Assembly (NCBI RefSeq): GCF_036971445.1
Contig: NC_091471.1
Span: forward strand, 298,902,001 to 298,966,000
DNA from: Narcine bancroftii
Taxonomy: Eukaryota
Length of the DNA stretch: 64,000 nucleotides
Reading direction: 5' to 3'
Below the pieces are notes generated by a model that was given only the letters and a program-made list of their open reading frames with translations, did no database searches and was not told the DNA's origin. Position numbers and translations under genes: made by a program. Positions 54,301 to 63,300 of this stretch are shown here, in pieces. Each line of letters starts with the position of its first letter. The stretch's first letter is position 1.

Positions 54301-57300
54301 ATCTGGGGTGTAGCACTCCCATGTTAATCCTCCTGGCCAGACTATCCCGTTGTGTTGATCAGAAATTACTTCATCCCCAGATATCTCTAATCACCATTCT
54401 GTTCTTGTCCTGCCAATTTCTGCTGTTCTCTTTAACACCTCCTCCTGCCTTAATCTTCCTCCTAGACTGGTTTTCCATTCCCTTTGATTCTTGTGGGCCA
54501 TTCTTTGTTCTGATCTGGCCTGTGTCTCCTGTGCTACTTCCCACCTCCTTCAGTTGAGCATTCCTCCTAAATCGTTTTATGCATATCCTCTCCCTGTATC
54601 TTGGGAGCAGCCAATTTTGTTCAGCCAACTTTGCTCCATGCTGTGACAGCCACTTAGCCACATTCCTCTTTCCCTGAACCATGCAGTAAATATACACTTA
54701 TTAATTAATCATTTATTTCTTACTGTTTTAACCCCTAGATTCCATGCAGTAAATATACACTTATTAATTTATCATTTATTTCATACTGTTTTAACCCCTA
54801 GATTCCAACAGTCCCCCTTTTGGTCTCATGAAAATGAGACCAATCACCAGTTAATTTATTAGATAGTAAAGAGCCCTTATTGAATTTAACATCATACACT
54901 TGTCCATTATGCACACACTTACGTCCTGTGTGAGTCCCCACACAGTGTTCAGGAAAGTTAGTCCAATCAGTAAAGTACTGTTCTTTTTCGTTGTGCGACC
55001 CCCAGGCCGAGTGCACACACTTTGTACAGTGGTTTTCTACCCCAGCCCCTTCAAGGGCTCGGAATACCAGTACCCATAGTCCCCACATAGTATTCATCCC
55101 AGCTTCTTTCGTTGTTTTGATGCCAATAACTTGATTATGCCGTCAACCACTGATACACAGTCACTGTAGTCCAATAGTCTCTTTAAAAAAAGGACTTTAA
55201 GTGTTCTTAGTCCGTGGTTGCTTCACAGGTTCTCAGTCACCTCCGTTCGAATCTGTTCCAGTGTCCGTGTCGGTGGGTCCGTTGCTGCACACTGACTCCA
55301 ATGATACCACGTCTCGCCTTTTCCTTGTAGTCGAACCGCGTGGGACGTCCTCTCCACCCCTCGGTAGGGTCCTGTCCACCTGGGCTCCGACCACTTTCTC
55401 TTGATGACCTTTAGCAGAATCCACTCCGCGACTGAAGGTATCGGTGTTTCCCCTTCTCTGTTGGGACTTGTGACCTGTTGTGAAAAATCTGACACCAGAG
55501 CCGTTAGTTTATCATAATACAGCTTGCATCCCATTGAACTTACCCCATTCTTCGTAGTCTGACTTCTGGCTCCCGGTCCCGGGAACTGGTGCCCCGTTCG
55601 TAGTTCATATGGAGTGAATCCTGTCACAGAACTTACCGAACTCCTTATTGACATTAATGCCAGAGGCAACGCATCCACCCAATTTAGTTTGGTCCGTGCC
55701 TGTACTTTCCCGATCTTACCTTTTATTGTTTGGTTCATCCTCTCCACTATTTTCTGCCATGTTAATGCCTTCATGGGTAAACGTAACATTTGGAGCATTC
55801 AGGATCTTTTCTAGTCTCGTCTGCCTTAACGAAGTCATTGTAAATGCTGTGGAGCTCACAAATGCTACAATACTATGTGTTGTTAATACTGTCAGGCCAT
55901 GTCCCATTACTATGTGTGCCACCTTTTGTAAAATCTTTGCTACTCCCGCTGCATGTCTCGTACATGGTGGGTGTCTGTCTTCCGTTGGGTCTAGTGTGAT
56001 ACTCACATACATCAGCACACATCTTCCACCCCCTTTTTTCTGAAAAAGAACACCAACAATTGTGTGTGCTTTTTCAGAAACATCCAAAAAGAAAGGTAGT
56101 TATAATTTGGAATCGCCAAATCTATAGCTGTTGTAAGAGCTTGCTTCAATAGAATAAAACTCATCTCAGCCTGTGCAGTCCAATCCAGTGTAGCTCCCAG
56201 ATTTCTCATCCCCTGCTCATTCACCAAAGTTCGCAGTGGATGTGTCAACTCACCATACGATGGGATAAACTGCCTACTATAACCTGACAAACCCAAAAAC
56301 GAAAGCATCTCTTTAACTGTCTTTGGTTTTGGATGATGTAGTATTGCATCTGCCAAATAGGGGTGTAATCTGATAGTTCGAAGGTCATGGGATCAACCTG
56401 CTGACAAAAACCCACATCTGCTGATCCCACTGACCACAGGTTCTCAGGGAGAGAGTCTAGCATAGGGCTGAGTCGGGGTGATCCATCTTCTCCCTACCAT
56501 GAAATCGTTCAATCTGTCTATGCTCAAGGAGGACTTGATCATGTGTCGGAGACAAAATTCTGTATGCCTGACCAGATGAGGAGAACTGCACTGTCGGTAT
56601 TTGGGTGTCAGACCAGTCCCTTAGGGACTTCAAGTTCCGACACATCGGTCCCAAATCTTTTGCCTGATGAGTAGTGCCAATTGCAAGGGTGACATGAGGA
56701 ATGGCCTCACCTGCCATCTCATACCATTCCAGCTGCTCAGATGTCAGTGCCACCGCAGCGGCCACTCCCTACTTTCCTATCACTATGTAGTCCGAATTAA
56801 TTTCCCATTGCCTGCCCTCTACCTCTTCATAAAAGGCATGCTGATACATTTCATCCCCATCCCTATCGTAAAAGAGGGTCATATGGGGAGGGTCCGAGGG
56901 AGGGGTATACGGGTGTAACGTCTGGATCCACGGCTTCCATTGATTATAAAGCTTTAGCAGCCCTCCCTTCTGTGGGTCCTCAGGTTGCAGCAGCCCCCAG
57001 TAAATGTCAGCCCATTGTCCCTCAGACACGGATCCTCCAGCTGCCGCCAACAACATCTGAGAACTGGAATGCAGTGTAGTTAATGAACAGTTCATAGAAT
57101 ATCCATTTGGAAAGGTGACCTCTATTCCGCTGGGTCCACAAAGGATGGATGCTCCGCACTTGAACAACAAGTCTCTGCCCAAAAGATTGGTAGGGCACCT
57201 GGCTGACAAAATGTACTGATGTGTAAAAGTCTGTCCTGCCACAGAAGTGACTAGTGGTGTAGAAAACGGCAGATTTTCTGGTGTACCCGAGAACCCTATC

Positions 57301-60300
57301 AGCTGGACGCTAGAGGATGATGTTTTATCTTGAAACTCAGCGCCAGTGAGTGTTGAAAACCTGGCTCCCGTATCCACTAAAAAGGATACTTTCATGTCCA
57401 TAACTTTAATCTGCAGGAAAGGGTCTGCCAACCTAGCCTGCTCATGGGTGCTCGGGCTCCGTCACTGTGGGCAATATTGCTCCTCCTCTGTCAGCAAAGG
57501 GAATTGTCTCTTTGGAGCTAAAGCCGCATGGGGTGCCTGATGTACCGGGGGTGGCACTGACGATCTCTGGGACTGGACCCAATGCTCCTGTTGTGGTGGT
57601 CCATAGCCCCTTGCCCCCGGGTCCCGAGGCTCCCAAACTAGGGGACAGTCTCTCTTCAAGTGTCCTGGCTGACCGCATCCAAAACATACGGCTGGCTGCC
57701 TTCGTGGAGCACTCCAAACTCTCCCTCTTACTCGGAATTCCCCCATTGGACCTCCCATTCTGGCCACATAGGTGGGACCCGGTGCCCAATATGGGGCCGG
57801 GTGCCAACTCATATTATTCCCTTGTGGTGGCTGCGTTGGCTGCTGAATCATCTGGTTTGCACCCTTTGAGGAAATCTTTTTTACCTCGTTTGCCTTTTGC
57901 CTAGCCTCTGCCAATTGAAGCTTAAGGAGTTGCACTTGTGCCGACTCCATAGTATGTTTGTCCTCCTTTTGCTTAGCCCTGTAACGTTTCATGTGATGGG
58001 TCAAATGTTTTTCCCATTGCTCACTCGAGCAGCCAGGAATATCAGGGTTATTCTCTAATGCCTCCCTAACTACAGCTGGCAGTCCACTCGTTACTGCAGC
58101 CCTAAAGAGTGTAGTCTGCAAGGGATCTGTGGCTGGGTGTACTCCTGCCTTATCAGTCCAACTCTCCCTACACTGACTCAAAAAAGTCGAGATCTCCTCA
58201 TCCTCCTTTATGGAAAAGGTCAGGGACTGCATGACACCGGGGGAAAGGGGACTGGACTGTGATTTAACTGTGTGTTGCAGCTTGTCTGCTAACATTAGCA
58301 TATGTATCATTGAACTTGTGAGTTGCAGCCTGTCTGTGTACATTAGCATATGTATTAACTCTCTCTCTCTCTGTTACATGTACAATCCTGACTACCATTC
58401 TGTCTGTCTTTGTCCCACCATGTCCTTTGTGCTATCGCTTCAAAACTCCTGTCTTTAATACCTGTGTAGGCTAAGATACAAATTAGATGTACTCCACTAA
58501 AGCTGTTTAATTCCCCTGGTCCGTATTGGGATCCCTTATATCCCATTATGACTATACATTAAATCTATGCCCTGTCTACATTCTAAAGGAGCTGAATTGT
58601 AACCTCTGCTGCCCCTATTCCAGGGGGGCTTAAAACATTAACGAACAATATTCCAAAGAAATTAGTAAACAACAATGAACCATACATGTAAAGCTCATTA
58701 AAAACAGCATTAAAATACAATAAGAACTGAATAAAGCACAATAAATGTCAAGCTCATTGAAAACTGCAATAAAATACAACAATAACTGAATAATCAAAAG
58801 ACAAGTAAAATGCAACAATAACTGAGGAAAACTGCAATAAAATACAACAATAACTGAATAATCAAAAGACAAGTAAAATACAACAATAACTGAATAAACC
58901 ATTAAAGAAACGAAAAAAATGTTAAATTACGGCACTTTGTAACAATCTGACTTTCCTTTGTGTTAGTGTAAAAATTGTAAAATGAAACACAAACCATATT
59001 TGCATGGGTTTTGAATATGTTAGACCTTATTAAAATGCAGTTGGAGCTGCTTGTCTGTATGGGGCACAACCCTCCAATTTGTTAGATTGAGTACATAACA
59101 GACATTGCAGCACAAGAGCCCCTGCAAGAGAACTTGAAACATATTCAACCTTTAGTTCTGCCTTAAGTAAAATGCCTTGTGCCACAGCTCACAGGAGCTG
59201 GCCTTATTTAAAACAGTCTGTAAAACAGGCACCAAAAAAAGTTAAAAGATGTTCTTATGAAGATTGCACACACAATAATTTAAGTACAGGCTAGTTTCTA
59301 TAATATTCCACTTAAAAGTTCTGCTGCATGAATCCTGGAGCTTGTGGAGTCATTATTGAATCAAGAAATATTGGTGCCCTGCCACTCTCATTCTAACATG
59401 CCAATTTCTCCAGTCCTTAAGTCAAGATGTACTGAATAGCATCTGGTACAAGATCTGTGAGTTCTTAATGATATTATTATTCTTATGCACCCAATTGTTC
59501 TGAACTATGCCACCAATTTAAATCATATTCCACCTATTGCAGTACTCACACAGCACCATAGACCCGTTCGCAGGTTTATTTCTCCATTAAGCTGAATCCA
59601 GTTGCGCAGGGTTTACCTCCGTGATTATTTACAATGTAACTTCCGCACTACCGGATTTAAATATAAACCTGATGAATGGGGGAAAATTATCATGAATTAA
59701 ATAACAGCGGCAATACAGAGAAATTGTGCTGAGGCATTAATTTCACTCCGGAGGAAAATGCACCAGAGAAATGAATGATTAAACTTATAGGAATCCCCAT
59801 AGGAATCCCCAGAGGTATCTTTATTCTCCAGAGGTGGGTGATCTTTAAACTCACGGACCTTGACTGCTGAATATGTAGAAGAAATGTATTAAATGTGTTG
59901 ATAGGGCTCCATACCTCTAACTGCAAGACAAGAGCCTGAAGCCTCAATTTCAAGTGCCACAGTGCACTTAAAGGGACATGCACACTCCCCCTTCAACTGG
60001 CTGAACCAGCCACTTTACACATCAGATCCTTGTCCTTTTGCCTCATGTTCCTGCACCTCCTTGGCTGCTTCCCTCTCTGCTTCTCCTAAGTACCGTACCA
60101 GTCGGATTTTTTCAAACCCTCGTGGCACCTTCCCCTGATTCTGCAGCTCTCTCCATATCTGTTCGTATCGTGCCATAGCCTGTACCTCCTCTCCCTTCGG
60201 TAATCCTCCCAGTAATTGATCCCTTGTTTTCTCCCACTGTCGGTTTACAGATAGGGGAACCCCTCTGTCTCCCCCGAGCTCTTGCCCTACATCCCTATTT

Positions 60301-63300
60301 ACTCCTTCCATCTCCGTTCTGATCTTTAACCCTTTAGACTTCGTGATTCTGACACCCTGCAATCTACTTCGTCCCTTCCCACGTTGTATAACCACTAGAT
60401 GACCAGCAGCTCCCTGAAAACAGGTGTTCCCCTTCAGGGATGATCAGAGAGAGAGCCAGCTGGGGGATTATGTGTCTCATGGTTGTGTGAAGTGTCTGTT
60501 TGTTTTGCGGTTAGCTTGTTAGTTTCCCCCTTTGTGTGAAATGTACATTGTTTGTTTTGCGGTTAGTCTGTGTACACAGGTGCCTCACTGTGTGACTGCC
60601 TATCCCCACTGTGTTTCCCTGATCCGTATTCTAAATACCTTGCCTCTATGCCCTCTCTACCCTGTAAAACAGTACAATCTGTAACCTCTGCTACCCCTTT
60701 TTCAGAAGTACTTAAAACATCGTGAGTAATACAGTGATATACACAGCAACAATACCAGCGTGCATGAAAAAACAGTTAAATGCCGAACACCTTATACAGA
60801 TACTTATTACTATTATGGTACACGATTCTTAAACAAATACTTATTATACACTACTATGGTACACGATTCTTAAACAAATACTTATTATACACTACTATGG
60901 TACACGATTCTTAAACAAATACTTATTACACACTATAGAAACAAATAACTATAACACAATACACCTTATACTACTTGGCCAAGTGTCTAAATCTACCTCT
61001 CGAGATTGCTACAAGGGGCTCCAACCCCGTTCTACTAGATGGACCTCAACCTCCTTAGAGGGATTCCAACCGGACCTCAACCTCCTTAGAGGGATTCCAA
61101 CCTTTTCCTAGAGGGACCTCAACCTCCGTAGAGGGATTCCAACCTCCTTTTCCTAGAGGGACCTCAACCTCCGTAGAGGGATTCCAACCTCCTTTTCCTA
61201 GAGGGACCTCAACCTCCTTAGAGGGATTCCAACCGGACCTCAACCTCCTTAGAGGGATTCCAACCTTTTCCTAGAGGGACCTCAACCTCCGTAGAGGGAT
61301 TCCAACCTCCTTTTCTTCGAGGGACCTCAACCTCCGTAGAGGGATTCCAACCTCCTTTTCTTCGAGGGACCTCAACCTCCGTAGAGGGATTCCAACCTCC
61401 TTTTCTTCGAGGGACCTCAACCTCCGTAGAGGGATTCCAACCTCCTTTTCTTCGAGGGACCTCAACCTCCGTAGAGGGATTCCAACCTCCTTCTACTACA
61501 GGGGACTCCAACCCCGTTCTACTAGGGGGACTCCAACCCCCTTTTACTACAGGGGACTCCAACCCCGTTCTACTAGGGGGACTCCAACCCCCTTTTTGTT
61601 TTATTTTTTGGCTTTAACGAGGGCTTTTGCAGAGTAGTGACAACACACAATTTATCTTTGCCAATAGCAGAACTTCGTTAAAACAGGCGTCTGCTTACCT
61701 CCCTTTGTAGGATGGTCACTTGTTGTTATCACCACACCACAATCGACCGGTGTTTCGTATCTTTTTCTTCCGTCACTTCTCCATCTTCATCACGTCGGGG
61801 TCACCAAATTGTTGGACTCTGGCTTTAACTTACTCTTAATTTTAGTCTATGTGTAGTCTGAGTCCAGCGCGTTCTTTGAATGAAGTGATAGGAGAAGGTA
61901 TTCGGTTCAACAGTCAATTTATTACACAGCACAAGAATAAAACTTAACAGAGCTCTGGGTCAGTCTGTTAGTTCATAGGTCACCTGCCAGTGAGCTACTC
62001 CCCGAGACTGACCCCTATTGTCCAGTTGGTTCAGTTTATATAGGTCAACCTTATCATACAGAACAAAAGTTGTCTTCCTTTGCTAGATCTTTTTGCATAA
62101 GGGTTATCACAAGTCATCTCCTGTTTTGCAGATATCTGGGGTGTAGCACTCCCATGTTAATCCTCCTGGCCAGACTATCCCGTTGTGTTGATCAGAAATT
62201 ACTTCATCCCCAGATATCTCTAATCACCATTCTGTTCTTGTCCTGCCAATTTCTGCTGTTCTCTTTAACACCTCCTCCTGCCTTAATCTTCCTCCTAGAC
62301 TGGTTTTCCATTCCCTTTGATTCTTGTGGGCCATTCTTTGTTCTGATCTGGCCTGTGTCTCCTGTGCTACTTCCCACCTCCTTCAGTTGAGCATTCCTCC
62401 TAAATCGTTTTATGCATATCCTCTCCCTGTATCTTGGGAGCAGCCAATTTTGTTCAGCCAACTTTGCTCCATGCTGTGACAGCCACTTAGCCACATTCCT
62501 CTTTCCCTGAACCATGCAGTAAATATACACTTATTAATTAATCATTTATTTCTTACTGTTTTAACCCCTAGATTCCATGCAGTAAATATACACTTATTAA
62601 TTTATCATTTATTTCATACTGTTTTAACCCCTAGATTCCAACATTACACAGTGGGATGTTGAGACCCAGGTCTTGGAGTTTGTGATCAGTTTTGTGGGTA
62701 TCATGGTGTTAAATGCCAAACTAAAGTGCAAGGAGTGTCTGGAAACTGGTCATTCAAGCTTGTATTGTGCTGTGTCTGGGACTTGTGTTCTTTTCCCCAA
62801 CGGGAAATAAGAGTGGGTCATTTTGTTTGAACAGTGATATTGTGAATATTAGGAAGCAGTAGAAAATTTGTAATCTCCGTTTACTAGGTTGAATTGCACA
62901 ACAAGTGGCATTGCTTGTTTCCCAGTTCAATCCACTGAAAACTTAAAATGTGTGGTTTTCAATTCAAGCAGGATAATTATCCTCATGTCAGGCACGCTCT
63001 AGGAATGCTGATAGACTGATGCATATCTCAATCAAAAGGGCCAAAAAACAGAAATAAGTGCTACAAAGCAATTTGGAGAAATGTTCAAGACTGCAACTAG
63101 TTCTCAATCGCATCCTTCTCAGAGTCCGGATACAGACAATTCCATGCTCCTCGTTAGACCAATCGCAAATCCAATAATAAATGCAGTGGACAAAATTGTT
63201 GAATTCCAACACTATCTCTGCTCTTTGCATCAAATTTGCTTCCAATAATGTGGAACAAGAGCAATAAATATTCAGTTGTCATCACACTAATGGTTAACCT

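Larger units (their letters stand above)
53241..62643 (-). mobile_element. Endogenous retrovirus (class I-like, fish type), internally deleted and rearranged, 9.4 kb
   Basis: TG...CA termini; TSD TTAC at 53237-53240 and 62644-62647; empty site CCAGTTACACAG present in units 2 and 3; LTRs, PBS, PPT, gag, PR, RT/RNase H and IN fragments in retroviral order. Confidence 0.93.

Noticed and set aside
61055-61562. Repetitive GGWNPSTEVEVP protein
   Set aside because: A by-product of a 45 bp minisatellite that is open in several frames.
53241-62643. DNA transposon, Polinton or DIRS element suggested by the long terminal inverted repeats
   Set aside because: The repeats are retroviral LTRs adjoining a PBS and PPT; the internal genes are gag/PR/RT/DDE-type integrase; no transposase, PolB or tyrosine recombinase is seen.
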